From: Blepharisma stoltei ATCC 30299
Lineage: Eukaryota > Protista > Ciliophora
Direction: 5' to 3'
Assembly: GCA_965603825.1 (NCBI GenBank)
Contig: CBFDEM010000058.1
Span: 620,001 to 684,000, forward strand
DNA length: 64,000 nucleotides
The stretch's first letter is position 1, and each line of letters begins with the position of its first letter. Shown here one piece after another: positions 35,829 to 49,963 of the stretch. Below the pieces are notes generated by a model. The model saw nothing but the letters and a program-made list of their open reading frames with translations, was not told the origin of the DNA and searched no databases. The translations under genes were made by a program, and so were the position numbers.

Positions 35829-37856
35829 TTACCTGCATATCAAGCATTTCATTGATTTTATTTGCATCATTATTGCATGCTTGTCTTCTTCTTCAACCTG
35901 GAATTCCACCAATGTTTTTTCAAAAAGATCTGAATAAGCATTAAATTCGTTTTCATTTATTCCTCTATTTAAATGAGACCCTCTTACTTTTCTTCTAAAT
36001 TCCAAACTTACATTTCCATTAAAAATTTTGAACATCCCAGTCACTATCATTTCAAAATTGTCTAAATTGCAGTTTTTAAAGTAAGAATAAAGCTGCTCGC
36101 TGCCTAAAACTTTATTATAAAGTGACAGAATAAAATTATTCCAAAATTGGTCTCCTCCGTATTTTTCGACTAAATTTTGTCTTTTAAGCTTGGCGACATG
36201 AGCATTTAAGGTCATTTCGTCAAAATTTTCAATAATTCCGGAAAAATGTTTTTGGGTCATATGGTGGCACTTGTCGTCCCATAGGGATTCTGAGATTTGC
36301 AGGCGTTTTTTGCCAACTGGAGTATTTGGAAGAGGGGTCATATCGTTTAATTGTGTATAAGAGGAGCTGCTGAGGTAGTTGTGAGGGCTTTCGGTTTGGA
36401 TGAAATTTGTGGAGGATGCTCTTAGGAGCTTTTTACTTGAGATTATTTGGTCGACTTTTTGGTTAACCTCAGCGCATCTTTGAAGCAGCTCTTTTTCATC
36501 AGTTATGCGTGGTCTTTCTTTAATGGTGTTTGATGGCTTTAATTTGACGGAAACTGTTTTTTGCCTTTTTATTATATCCTTTGGTGGCTCTTCAGATTTA
36601 ATTTCTTCATCTTCAAAATTTGATACTTTCTTATGGCATATAAGTGATCTGCTTCTCCTCGGCTTATTTATCCTTGGCATTATTATTTTTTTCTTTTCAA
36701 TTTCATCTGCCAAATATTCCTTACAATCCAGCAAAAACCAATTATTGTTTCTATTTTGAAGAAAATCCAGCACAATAGCTTTTAGACTATTCTGGAATAT
36801 TTCATTATTTAAAAACTGTACAATTTGATTGACCATATTTTCTATCTCTGGGATTTTCACTAAACTTTCTATTGCATAGCAGCTTTCTGAGTCTTTTGTA
36901 GTTACTATAAATTCTTTATAAGTGCCTTCTCCAATAATTTTTGATAGTTCTTCAGTAAGACTGCATTGTTTAGTCTCCCTCGAAAATATTCCAGGAGAAG
37001 CGGCTCGATTTATTCCTAAATCTTGTTTAGGGAGTTCTGAAAATGAAGCATTTTTTAAATTTTTATTTTTTATCGGAGTTTTTGCAACTTTATAAGGATT
37101 ATTGACTGATTGGGATGAAGGTAGCATCATATCTCTGTACTTAAATTCCGATAAATTAGTCGAAGAAATTGATCTTTTATGCACAAGTTTTTGCTGCTTT
37201 GGGGAAATTTTTTTCAATTTCTTTTCTTTTTTGGCTTTATTTACGATGTTGAAATATTTATTTTTTAGACCTTGTCGCCATAAAACTCTTGTAAAAGAAA
37301 TTGTGCTTGACCGCCCTTGGATAAATTGCTGCATAAACGCATTAGTTTCGGATGGATTTCATATTTTTAAAGCACTGTCAATTGTAAATACCGCTACTGT
37401 ATCTTGGCCAGGACTTTTAAAACAGAATAGTGGGCAGTCAGAATCCTTTTTTTCTTGTGTCAGATTAAAAAAGTCTTCACTTGTGCAGGGCTTTGAGTGT
37501 ATTTTTCCATCCTTTTTTGTACGAATAATGCATGAGGTTTCTTCGAGCTTAATCAGAGTAGTTGGAACACTGGCGTTAATATTGACTTTATTTGAAAATT
37601 TTGCGAGTAAAGAAAATAAGTTGAGCCTTGGGCTGAATTCAGACTTTGGCAGCAAGTTGTTTAGTTTAGATATATAGCAATTTTGGCTGCTATCAGGACA
37701 TAGCTTGTTACCAAAGTTTGAGCCTCTTAAGCCAGTTTTTTTAGAAAAGTCATGAATAAAATTAATTATATCTTCCCTTATATGAGTAATCTCATCTCTC
37801 TCAATTGTGTTTTGGTGATAGTCCTTAAGATGCTGAAGGATTATTGGTACTTCCAT
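35829..37856 (-). CDS. ATP-grasp-like + truncated hemoglobin fusion, copy 3 (675 aa)
   Basis: Two in-frame ORFs joined at TGA 37359. LVEKYGG..FW....SLYNKV...YF...FNG...RGSH..GINENEF. Confidence 0.92.
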
Positions 37857-38122
37857 TATTTATTTACTGACTTTTAGATCAATAAATCATAAGACCTTAT
37901 CACTTTTAATTTTAGGCTAATTCATATGAGAGCTTATTATAAATTACTATCCTGAGCCTTATTGTATATTCCTAAGATCTATGATCAATCAATCCACATA
38001 TTTATTGGTTCAGTTTTATTTTTCTGCAGTCTCAATAATGAGATTATTTTTCTAATCAGAAATAATTCTAAATGCAAATTTTTAGTTTTTATATAATTAA
38101 AGAATTTTTCAGTTTTATAAAG

Positions 38123-40108
38123 TTATTTGCATATTAAACACTTCATGGATTTGATTTGTGACATAATCATTTGCCGATCGTCCTCCTCAATATGGAATTC
38201 TTTTAGAGTGCTTTCAAAAATGTTAGAGTAGGAGTCAAATTCTTTTTCACAAATTTTTAAATTTTGATGGGCAGATCTTACTGTTCTTCTGAATTCTAGA
38301 GTAGCATTTCCATTGAAAACTTTAAGCATGCCTCTGATAATCATATTTAAGCTTGAAGTGCTAAAATACTTGCACAAAGATTCATTTTCTATTACTTTTT
38401 TGTATAGTGACATAATAAATTGATTCCAAAACTCGTCTCCTCCATAGTGGTGTATTAAATCTTTTCTTTTGACTTTGATTAATTCGCATTGGACTTTCAT
38501 CTCATCTAAATTATTATTAGTCTCTAATAGATGCCTTTGAGCATGGTCATTTACTTTATGGAATAATAAAGTATTCTTAGCATTTTCTATGTTTGGCTTT
38601 TGTTTAAAAATTGGACAAGATATTAAAAATTCATCGTTACGGTTCATATCTTTTTGGATTTTATCCAAATAAGTGCATGTATTCTGATTGAATCTCATTT
38701 GATAAGCTTTAATGCTTTCTTCTTTAAAATTTACTTTATTGAGATGTCTAGCCGGCTTTAGACTAGTTAAATAATCAATTTTTTGGCTTAGCTTATTGCA
38801 TCTTTCAAATAAATCTTGTTCACTACTGGCTTCTATTGTTCGATTTAGGTTAAAATTCTTCTTCATTTTGAAAGGTAGAGTTGCTGTAGTAGGAGTTTTA
38901 CATCTTATTGACTCCAAAGGTATTATATTTTGGATGCCTTCTGATAGTGATCTTTTATTGCGCGGAGGAGAAAGAATTTTTGGTTCTGATTCACTATTTA
39001 AACTATCTATTGGAGAACTACTCTGAGTTGAGTATTCTTTGCAGTCTAAAAATACTCATTTTCCATTCTTATTGTAAATAAAGTCTGCTACAAGATATTT
39101 TAATTTTTCATCTTTGCAAAAATGGTTATTTAAAAAAGTTACAATCTGATTGATCATATCATCGATTTCTGGAATTTCAGACTTGTTCTCTGTTACTATA
39201 TATTCTTCTTGTGATTTGGTGCTCACAATATAAGTGATAGGCATTTTGCAAGGAGATAATGATTTAGATCTATTTTCAGCTATTTTTTCACAAGATCATT
39301 TATTTTCATTCATAATAGCACTGGAGGAGCGGATATCTTTTTTTCTATTTTTTTGAGCTATACAGAATTGGGTATTATGAGATTTTTTAGTTTTAGGTAT
39401 CATATGAGAATATCTGAATTTTGAAAAATGGTTAGTTTTACCTATATTATTGCTAGATGCTTGAGAAATCTTTGGCTTGCTTTCAACCAATCTTGTGTTT
39501 TGTATTGATTTACTTGCTATGCAAAAATATTTATTCTCATTTCCATCCCTTCAAAGAACTCTAGTTATAGATGGGACAATTGAATAGCCATTTATAAATT
39601 TTTGCACTAAAATTGGTTCATTTCTTGCCTTTTTCCAAGCATTTTCTGCAGCCTCTATGGAATAAAATAGCTGAATATCTTTAAGTGGAGACTTAATACA
39701 AAAAAGTGGATTTTTTTCCTGGGTATTATTTTGATTAATTGAAAAAAAATCCTTTTCATGGCAGTTTCTAGCATAAATACGCCCATTTTTCTTTGTTTGT
39801 ATAATATTGTTGATCCCACTTTTGTTGTCTTTTATCATACTGGTAGGTATGTTTATATAAAACTTCCCTAAGTTAGAGTATAACAGAAATAAGCTATAAA
39901 TATCAAGGTGGCTTTCTTTAGAACGTGACAGCATCAAATTAATGGTAGCAGAAGAAGAAAGATCATTGAAATCTTTGAAAGAGCTGTTGAGACAAGATTT
40001 AAATTGATTAAAGTGTGAAGGATTTTGAATACTAGAAGGAATTTTGCTTAGCTTTTCTAACTTTACAGACTTTTTTGAGGTGATAGGAGAGGATAATGAA
40101 GGGTCCAT
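38123..40108 (-). CDS. ATP-grasp-like + truncated hemoglobin fusion, copy 4 (661 aa)
   Basis: Four in-frame ORFs joined at TGA 39551, 39296 and 39056. Globin with RSAHQNL. Confidence 0.9.
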
Positions 40109-40594
40109 TATTTGCAGTAATTTTATATATTATAAGTAAATTAATTAATTCAATAACTTCAGCTTCTATAACCCAAATAAAATTGAAGATAATATGCTTT
40201 TATAGCAATGGCTTTTGATTAAAGGTTATAAAATCTTAATTCTTAAAATATGAAAAATGTTTAAAGTTTTTAAGAAAGAAAAAGAGTAAATGCCTGATAA
40301 TAAGAAATAGTCTTTAGAGTATTTTCACAAAAATTTCGGTAATTTTTTAATTTTAATAAGCAGTAAAGAGTTTTAGGGAAAAAGATATTATGAAAAATAA
40401 TCTCTTTTTCAAAATTTCGCTTTTAAATAAGCTTTATTTGACAAGAATTAATTTATTCTAACATTTTTTAGGAATATATAATCTTTTAGGAAAATCTAGA
40501 GAAAATTTAAGGCTATAAAATGTGATAATATTCATGATAATTTAAAAATATTAAAAAATTATTAATAAAAATTATAGATTAATTTCCACATAAA

Positions 40595-42679
40595 TTATCT
40601 TGCAATAAGCCCTTTCATCGATTTTAATTGGACTATAATCAAGTCTCTATCCTCTTCAGACACATTAAAATCCATCATATTTCCAATAAAAATTTCAGCA
40701 AAAAGGTTAAACTCGCTTTCTGCAATTTTAAGTTTTAAATTCAAATGAACTGCTCTAATCTTCCTTCTAAACTCGAGATTTACATTCCCAGAAAAAAATC
40801 TAAACATTCCTTTAATAATTTTTTCAAAATTTTCCAAACTTGTAGCTTTAAAATGCTTATTAAGAATTTCATTTGCTAGAACTTTTTGATATAAAGACAA
40901 TAAAAAATGGTTCCAAAAATCTATTCCACCATATTTTTCAACCAAATTTACTTGTCTATATTTCGATACCCTTGCGCATGTAACCATTTCGTCGAAGTTG
41001 TTAACTATATTTACGAAATGTTTTCTAACGTGAGAATAGCTGGGTTCTTTCCAAAGAATATTATTTCTTGTTTCTTGATTAGGATTTTTATTTGCTCTTA
41101 AAAGAGAATTGAATTGAGAGCTACCAAAAGCTTTATTGCTAATGGACCCACTCTCTTTTAAGCTGAATTTTTTGATGCGTATAAATTGGCTCACTTTTAT
41201 GGCTTCTGAGAATTTTTTAACTGATTTTAAATCTTGAAAGTCTTCGCTTAGGTTAATATTAAATAATGACTTGCCATTTTTCTTTTTCAAAGATGAGCTT
41301 CTTTTGGATTGCATTGTTTGGACATCATTCATGTTTGAATTATGTTCACTTTCTCCAACAAAATGTCCTTCGTCTGGCATCTGCAGTGTACTGAAAGATT
41401 GTGATTTTTTTATTCCTAGCATTTGCTTTTTAACTTTCCTTCTATCTGGGCACAAATTTGGACTTATTTCAATTGAATGCTCTCTGTAATCCAATATAAT
41501 CCAATCCTTTTTATAGTCTTGCATAAAATCAATCACAATTCCTTTAAGCTGATTTTGATTATTAAAAACAAAAGTATTTAAAAAAATTACGATTTTATTC
41601 ATAATTTTTTCAATTTCTGGGATACTTCTGTAGCTTTCAGTTGCAAAGCAGCTTTCAGGATTCTTGGTAATTACAAAATAATGCTTAGTTTCCTCCTCTT
41701 TAAATACTTTGGACAGTATGCTTGTTTGCGCCAATAGCTCATTGTTGAAAATATCTATATCAGTTTCTTCATCTGATTTTATTATTTTCAAGTCTTTATT
41801 ATGCGGAAGACAAGTTAAAGAATGTGATCGGAAATTCCTAATTTTCGGAATATTTATTGGCTTAGTGCCAATGGATGGAAGCTGGCTTGATCTTTGATTT
41901 ATCTTGTGATATGGAACATCAAGGGTATCAGATTTATTTCTTATATCTGAAAATTCTTGCCAGCTGCAATAGCTCCTTTGCTCTTTAAATTCATATTCAG
42001 AAGAATCTGGCTGTAAGAAATCTTGGGAGATTTTTGGTAAATTTCGATTTTTTACCTGGTATTTATTTTTATTATTAATAATAAAATATTTGCTTTTCAT
42101 ATTTTTTCTCCACAATAATCTCAAAATTGTAGCCGGATTTGATTGATTTTTTATAAAATATTGAATAAAAGAGCCATATTCTGCTTTTTCTCAGGCTGAA
42201 ATTGCATCCCCGAGAGAAAATAAAGCTTTAGTGCATTGATTCTTTTGCTTTAAGCAGAAAACAGGGAAATTTTCATTTATCCCTTCAAAAATGCCAAAAA
42301 ATTCTTGATCATCAGATTTCTTTGAGCACACAAATCCACGATCATCTGTATAAATTAAATATGGTTTCATATCTAAGTCATTTATTTTTAGGAGAGTTGT
42401 TGGAATATTAATTTTGCACTTTAAATCACCAGCGTGAGCTGCGAGCAGTCAATAAAAATCCAGTTTATCTTGCGTTTTTGGAAAGAAGTTATTTATCCTG
42501 TTGATGTACTCATTATGAGCCAATTCAGGGATTCTTGACTTCTGTTTAATTCCACGCAAAAGCCCTTTTTGAAAGGACTCAAGTATAAGATTGCCGAGGT
42601 CTTCTTGATATTTGGATATTTCTTTCAAAAAATGCTCGTTTTTTAGCTCTTTTAGAATTGCTGGAATTTCCATCTTCAT
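40595..42679 (-). CDS. ATP-grasp-like + truncated hemoglobin fusion, copy 5 (~694 aa)
   Basis: In-frame join through TGA 42449 and ~42191. Globin RAVHLNL. Confidence 0.9.
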
Positions 42680-43082
42680 ATCAGATAATTTGTGAATTAA
42701 TGGATAGTTAGGAATTTAGAGAATGGATATCTAAATTTTCAGATTTTTGTAAAAACCATGAAATGCAAATTATTTATTTTAGAGAATAAGCTATTAGTTT
42801 TCTTCTATTATGAGCAAAATTTTATTTTATTAAAATTTATTATGATCTGCGAATATTAAGCGTGTGGTAGATAACTGACCTCATCCTTATCCTGGCGCTT
42901 TCGAAAATAATTTCTAAAATAGAAGCCATATTTTGAAAGACAGATGAGTCTTATGATTTAGCCGCTCTTAAATAGAGTTGAGGTGAAAAATTATTTTTAT
43001 TATAATTAAATTAATTATATAATAATAATAATTTTAAATGGATAATTAATTATATTAATGTAATATAAAAACCTATAATAAT

Positions 43083-45125
43083 CTAATGCAATTTGCATAC
43101 CAAACACATCATAGATCTAATTTGTGACATAATGCACGCTTTGTCATCTTCTTCAATACTGAATTCACTAAATGTTTCTTCAAATTTATCTAGAAAAAGA
43201 TAAAAATCCTCCTCAGCTACCCCAATGCTCTGATGGGCATTTCTTATTGATCTCCTAAATTCAATATTTGAATTTCCACTAAAAATTTGATGAAATCCTG
43301 TATAAATCATTTTTTGGCAGGAATTTTTGAAATACTCATTTAATTTCTTGTCTGAAATAAATTTCCTATAGAGTGAAATAACAAATTTATCCCAAAAATT
43401 ATCCCCACCATATTTTGATATAAAGTTTTTGCTAAGAGAAATATTTTTTGAGTTTATTTTCATCTCATCATAAATTTCTGCGATATCTGAATAGCATTTT
43501 TTGGCATAAGCATGGCTCTCATCATTTCATAATGGCTTATTTTTGTGTTTTAATAAGTCTTGATTATCATGACTCTGCAAGAAAGGACAATTTTTCTTTG
43601 GCTTCTCTTCTTTTACTAGACAAGAATTTGTGTCATTTTTGTGACATTTTGTGTCTATGATTCAATTCTTGTGTAGAATAAAATCATTATAAGCATGAAT
43701 GCTTTGCTCTTTGACATCATTATTTGATAATGAAGGCAGGTGATTTTTTTCAGTTATTTTATCAATTTTGTTAGATAAGAGTGTAAGTCTTTTAAATAAT
43801 TCTTTTTCTGAAGACTTTGGTGCTTCAGTTGTTGTAGAAGCTTTAACTATTTTAGTAGGCTCCTTAAATTTTCTTATCTCTAAACCTTTTATTGGGTAAT
43901 TATCACCAATTTGGCGATAATTGCAGTTAGTAGGAGCTCTATCATCCATTAAGCTAAGATTTAGATCAGGAGAGCTTTTAACCCTTAAATGAGAACATTT
44001 AGGGTTTTTATCCAAAATAATATTATTTTTCTTTACAGTTGAGCACTCTTTACAGTCCAGAAGATATCATTTACTTTCTTTTCCTTGTATAAAGTCAAGC
44101 ACAATTCCTGAAACTTCTTTTTTAGTAAACACACAATGATTTAAAAAATTAACAAACCGTATAACCATTTCTTCAATTTCTGGGATTTTTATTTTGGATT
44201 CAAAAGAAAAACAATCATCAGATTTTTCTGTATTTAAAATTAATTTTTCGTAATTTTCTGGCTCATCTTTTAAAGCACCTAATGAATAGCTTTTATTTAC
44301 GAGCTTAGCTTTATTGAAACTTATTTTGCTGTCTTTTAGGGCTGAGTCAAAAATAAGAGATTTTCTTTTTTCGCTGATTTTAAAAGGATTATTGATAGAT
44401 TGTGATGACTTTTGTAATAAATCTGTATACTTAAACGTAGATAATTCATTAAATGATGAATTTCTTCGCTGGTATTTGATATTTTTTGAATTGATTTTCG
44501 GACTGAGTTTCTGATAATTATGAGTTTTATTTCTTTTGATGATATTATAATATTTAATGGCCTTCCCTTGGATTCAAAGAGCTCTAGTAATTGAAATTTG
44601 ATTACTTTTGCAGTGAATAAATTCTTGAATTATATCGTAATCAGTATTAAATGATTTTGAGTCTTCTGAGCCATGCAAAGATATTGTACCTTTGATTGAA
44701 TTTTTATAGCAAAAGAGATTTTCTGCAGCAAATTTATGCCGAAAAAATTCTTGTTCACAGCTTTCTTTTATATGAATCTTTCCCGAAGAATTTGTTTTTA
44801 TTAAATATGGACTTGGGCAGTCTTTAACTTTTATAAGTGTAGCCGGGACATTGAGAGCAAGGCTAGTATTTTTAAAATTGTTTAATATTGACTCAAAAAG
44901 ATTCAATTTATAGCTATAAAAGCATTTTGGCAATAAAGAATTTATCTTCTCTGTTGACTTTTCAGCAAGCCTGGTTTTGTTAATGGGATTTTTGGGATTG
45001 AAATTGGTTAATCCTTGGCTATAAATAAGTCTCAAAAAATTAATTTTGAGTTCACTATTATCAATTTCTCCTAAAGCACTCTGATGAGAGTTTTTCAGAT
45101 GCTCAATGAACACTGTGCTTTCCAT
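43083..45125 (-). CDS. ATP-grasp-like + truncated hemoglobin fusion, copy 6 (680 aa)
   Basis: In-frame ORFs 44574-45125, 43662-44015 and 43083-43463 joined by TGA-Trp. KNCPF motif; globin RNAHQSIGV. Confidence 0.9.
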
Positions 45126-45363
45126 ATTTATAAATATCTATCCAGTTCAACCAAAACAAAAAAAATCTATTTCCTAGAAAATTTAACAGCTTCTATATAT
45201 TTTCTCAGTTTTCTTCAATTATTTAAGCTCTAAAAGGTACTATAAATAATCAAAAAATGAATTTACACAATACAATTCCATAATTAATATAATTAAAATA
45301 TCTAGAAAAATTAAATAAATAAATTTTAATAAAGGTAATTAAAATTCATATCATTAATCTATT

Positions 45364-47358
45364 TTACTTGCAAATAAGACATTTCATCGACCGTATCTGG
45401 GTCATTATGACATTTTTATCGTCTTCTTCAATATCAAACTCCATCAAAGTGCCCAAAAACAGCTCGGCATACACATTAAATTCTCCTTCCAGAACCAGCA
45501 TATTCTGGTGGGCTGCTTTTACGCTCCTTCTGAATTCCAAAGTAGCGCATCCATTAAATATCTTAAACATCCCACAAATGATCATTTTTAAATCAGAGTT
45601 CTGGAAATGTTTCGCCAAGCAGCTATTTCCCATTACTTTCTTATATAAAGACTTTATAAACTGGGTCCAAAATTCATCGCCCCCATACTTTTTTACCAAA
45701 TTTTGGCTTTTTACTTTAGATAATTCTGTATTCATCTTCATTTCGTCAATTTTTCCTACAGCGTCAAGTATATGTTTTCTGCTTAAATCCCAAGAAGTGG
45801 TATTTCCAAAATTAATTGAGCCACTATAGGTGCGGTTTCTAAGATAAGGACAATGTAAACCATTTGAAGAATTATGGCTAGGGTGCTGTCTGTCTAATTT
45901 TGGAAGGTTTTTGGAATGGAATTTTGACTGATAGGTCTGGATGCTGGATTCGCTGAAATTTGTATGCATGGTTTTTACGACAGGGGATAAATTTAAGTTC
46001 ATGATGTGCTCAAGCTTTGCGTTTACTTTATTTCACTTTTCTAGAAAAGCTTCTTCAGAGCTAGTTATAGATCGTCTTAATTGTCTGGTAACATTGCGGA
46101 TTTTGAATGGTAGCTCAGAAATTAATTCATTTTGGTTCTTTTTTTGGCATTCAACTGGCTCTGTTTCAGCTTCTTTTTCTTCTGGAGCTTTTTCTTCTCT
46201 ACTGGCACTTCCTTCAAATGATTGACTTCTATTTTTTTCTATAATAACGAGTTTTGGCTTATTTTTTATATTATTTTCTCTTGAAGTTGACGAGCTTATA
46301 GTAACTTCTTTGCAGTCTATCATAATCCATTTTTTATCATTATCTCTGATAAAGTCAGCAATAACCCCTTTTACGCTTTCTTCTCGGAACAGATTTTCAT
46401 TTAAAAAAGCTACGATTTCTGACATCATAGCGTCAACTTCTGGGTGTTTTATAAAGTTTTCAACCACGAAGAGATTGTCACAATCTTTAGTGTTTATGAT
46501 AAAATCTTGACTGGTTTCTTTATTTATAAGATTTTTTAAATTTTCTTTAATTGGGAGGGTTTTAACTTCAATAGGTTTATATCTTCGTTTGTCAGGAGAG
46601 GCTGAAATCGGGATCATTTTATAAGGATTATTGATTGATTTTGAAGTCTGCAATATCATGTTCATATATTTAAATTCATTTATTTGGGTTTTATATTTGC
46701 TTTTACTATTGTTGCGGACATTTTGAGGAGCTTTTTCTCTTGAATTTTTATTAATTTTGCTTCGGTTGATTATAGTAAAATACTTGCAGTTTCTGCCTTG
46801 TCTCCATAGCACTCTATTTATACATGCTGGATATGAGCGGCTTTTTATGAAAGTCTGTAGGTAAGAAATCGCTTCATCTGATTCAAAAGCAATTTCTGCG
46901 TTTTCTTTTGAGTAAATAGGCACAGCTTCTTTCTCAGGATTTTTATAAAAATACAAAGGAATTTCATTTGAAATTTGTTTGGGCGTTAAATTTAAAAACT
47001 CAGGCAGTTGGCAGGGTTTGGATATGACTTGTCCATTTTTCTTGGTTTGAACCAAGAATGAAGATTCACTATTGGCTATTTTTATAAGTGTTGCTGGAAC
47101 GTTAACATTGAAATTGGTTATATTCGAATATTGAGCTAGTAAACTAAAAATATCAATTCTTTGGCTGTTTTTCAGCCTTGGCAGAAAATTTTGCTTTTTT
47201 CTGAATTGGGTGAAATTAAGATCACTATCTGTTGTAAGCTTTTCTAGGTTTTCAGCAGACAAACAGTTTTGCAAGACTGAATGGTCACATGGCTCTTCCT
47301 TTTTAGTAGGAAGATCAAGACTTTCTTTTAAAGCGGCTTGCATATATTGAATATCCAT
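45364..47358 (-). CDS. ATP-grasp-like + truncated hemoglobin fusion, copy 7 (664 aa)
   Basis: Two in-frame ORFs joined at TGA 46033. HCPYL; globin KAAHQNM. Confidence 0.92.
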
Positions 47359-47782
47359 TTTATAAGATTTATTGGAGTTTCAGGTAATAGTGTAAGATTA
47401 GATGCACTTATCAATTAGAGAAAACCAAAATAAATTTATTTTTTAAGCGGATTTTGGTATGGAAACTAGATTTTATAAGGTATTGAAATAATATTAGATT
47501 TATAATAATTTAGCTAAAGAATTATCCAGAAGCAGGCTGTTGAAAAATCTAAATGCATCCCTATTTCTTCTTGTGGTAAGTATTTGAAACTTATTTCTAA
47601 AAGACTAATAACGAAAAGCTATTAAATTATAAAAATATCTCTACTCAATACCTTATGCATATAATCATAATAAATTTAAGCAGGTTGATTTATATGAAAA
47701 TTTTTTATTTCCATATTATATTAATTTATTTGTTATAAATTGTAAAAACAAAACTTTTATTAGTGATTTATTTTATTAAATA

Positions 47783-49876
47783 TTATATTTGCTTGCAAAT
47801 AAGACTTTTCATTGATCTTATTTGTGACGCAATAATTCGTTTATCAACTTCTTGAATATTAAATTCCTCAAGCGTCTTAAAAAACAGCTCAGTATATGTA
47901 TCAAATTCTATTTCATTGATTCCCATATTATGATGGACAGCTCTGATTTTCCTTCTCAAATCCATTCCAACATTTCCACTAAAAACCTTGAAAATCCCTG
48001 TATGGATTCTTTCAAAATCTTTTAGTTTTGAGTCTTTAAAATATTTTCCAAGGGTGTCACAGCATAATATTTTATTATATAATGATAAAATAAATTCATC
48101 TCAAAACTGGCTGCCGCCATATTTCTGAACTAAATCTTTTATCCCTGCTTTTGACATTTGAATTTTTGAAACAATTTCATCAAAGTGGTCAACTGTTTCA
48201 CAAAATGTCTTTTTGGTGCATATATATTGTTGGTCAGCTCAGAGTGAATCTATTGATTTATTAGTTCTTCTTCTTTTCCCTGCACGGATTTGATATGGTT
48301 GGCTATTTTTTAATTCATTAGATGATTGTGAAAAGTTATTGTTACTAAAAGGATAGCTGTGGAACCCTTCATCAGGAGGGTTAAATGAAAAATTTGGCTT
48401 TTTATTTGAAATTATTTTGTTGACTTTTTCATACAAGTTATTATATCTCTCAACTAATTCTTTTTCATTGCACATATTTTGGGGAGCTAGGCAGGGCTTT
48501 GTTCTTATTTTAAATGGGAGAATTTCTTCTTTTTTTGCTTCTTCAGGACCATTGTCGCTTTCTTTTTCTCTTCTTTCGGTTTCTTCTGATTTTTTATTTA
48601 TCGATTCGTCAACTGATCTGGCCCGTCTTGACTTTACTACTTTGGTCTTTTGTTTTCTAATGACATTGACCTCAATAGGAAGCTTATAGTCAATGAAATA
48701 TTCTTTGCAGTCTAATAAAAATCAGTTTTTGCTTTGGTCTTGTATAAAATCTAATACAATTCCTCCAAGGGCTTGCTGGCAAAATAAATAGGTATTTAAA
48801 AAATTGACAATTTCGTCAGTCATTTTTTCAATTGGGGTAATTTTTGTGTTATTTTCAATAGCATAGCAGCTATCAGGTTCTTTTGTGTTGACGAGGAATT
48901 CTCGACCTTTGGCTTTGCTGAGGATTTTTTTGTCAATTGGGAGAGGATTCTCTTGGGGATTAAAATTATCTTCTGCTAGAAAAGATGCGGAACATGAAAT
49001 GCTGGTGGGTTCTTTTGCCTCCTGGGCGATTCGTGATAAATCAGCGCTTGAATTAGTAAATTTCGGCTTAAGTGTATCAGTGGTTCTTGACTTCAGTTTA
49101 TAAGGGTTATTCACGGACTGAGAAAGTGGCTGCATCATATTCATGTATTTAAAATCACATAAATTTGAATATGACTTGCTCTGCTTCATAGATTTTTTTT
49201 TATTTTTCTCTGATGATTTCACAGATCTTGCACGAACTTTTGAGCGATTCACAATTGTATAATATTTTTCTTTTGCGCATTTTTTTCATACAATTCTTGT
49301 AATAGACAAAGGGTTGCATTTGCAATGAATAAAGCTCTGCAAAAAAGAATTATTTTCTTTTAGTTTCCATATTTCTTTAGCGTCCTCTACTGAAAACAAA
49401 GGGGAAACATCTTTTTCGGCTGATTTATAACATATTGATGGGTAGCAAGGATCAGGCTTTTTTGTTAAACACTCGAAAAACTTGTTTTCTATATTTTGGT
49501 TTGAATGCGTTTCAAGATGACCTTCAATTTTTGTTCGTAATAAAACAGGAAAAGAAGAATCATCTGTTCTCAAAAGTGTTGTTGGGAGATTAATATTGAG
49601 CTTTAATTTGCTAGAATATTTAGCAAATTGCTGAAAAATATTAAATTTGTTGCATTGCGATGATTTCGGAAACAAATTATTTAATTTGTGTACATATGTG
49701 TTTTGAACATTATCTTTAAAAATGCTATGATTTGGCTGAGCAGCTCTAAACAATCCATTCTGTAACGACGTATTAATTAAAGACCTGATATCTTGCCTGA
49801 AATTAATAATCTCATCTCTCGCCAGTGCATTTTGATGAAAATCTTTTAAATGTTCTAATATTTTCGGTATATCCAT
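47783..49876 (-). CDS. ATP-grasp-like + truncated hemoglobin fusion, copy 8 (697 aa)
   Basis: Four in-frame ORFs joined by TGA-Trp. Globin YFKDSKLKDFERIHTGIF...RAVHHNMGI. Confidence 0.9.
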
Positions 49877-49963
49877 TTATGTTCTAATTATAGCTAAAAT
49901 TCCTTCCATCTCTTCTGTTATAAAAAAATAAAAACATCTTTAAATTATTAATTAAAATAAAAA

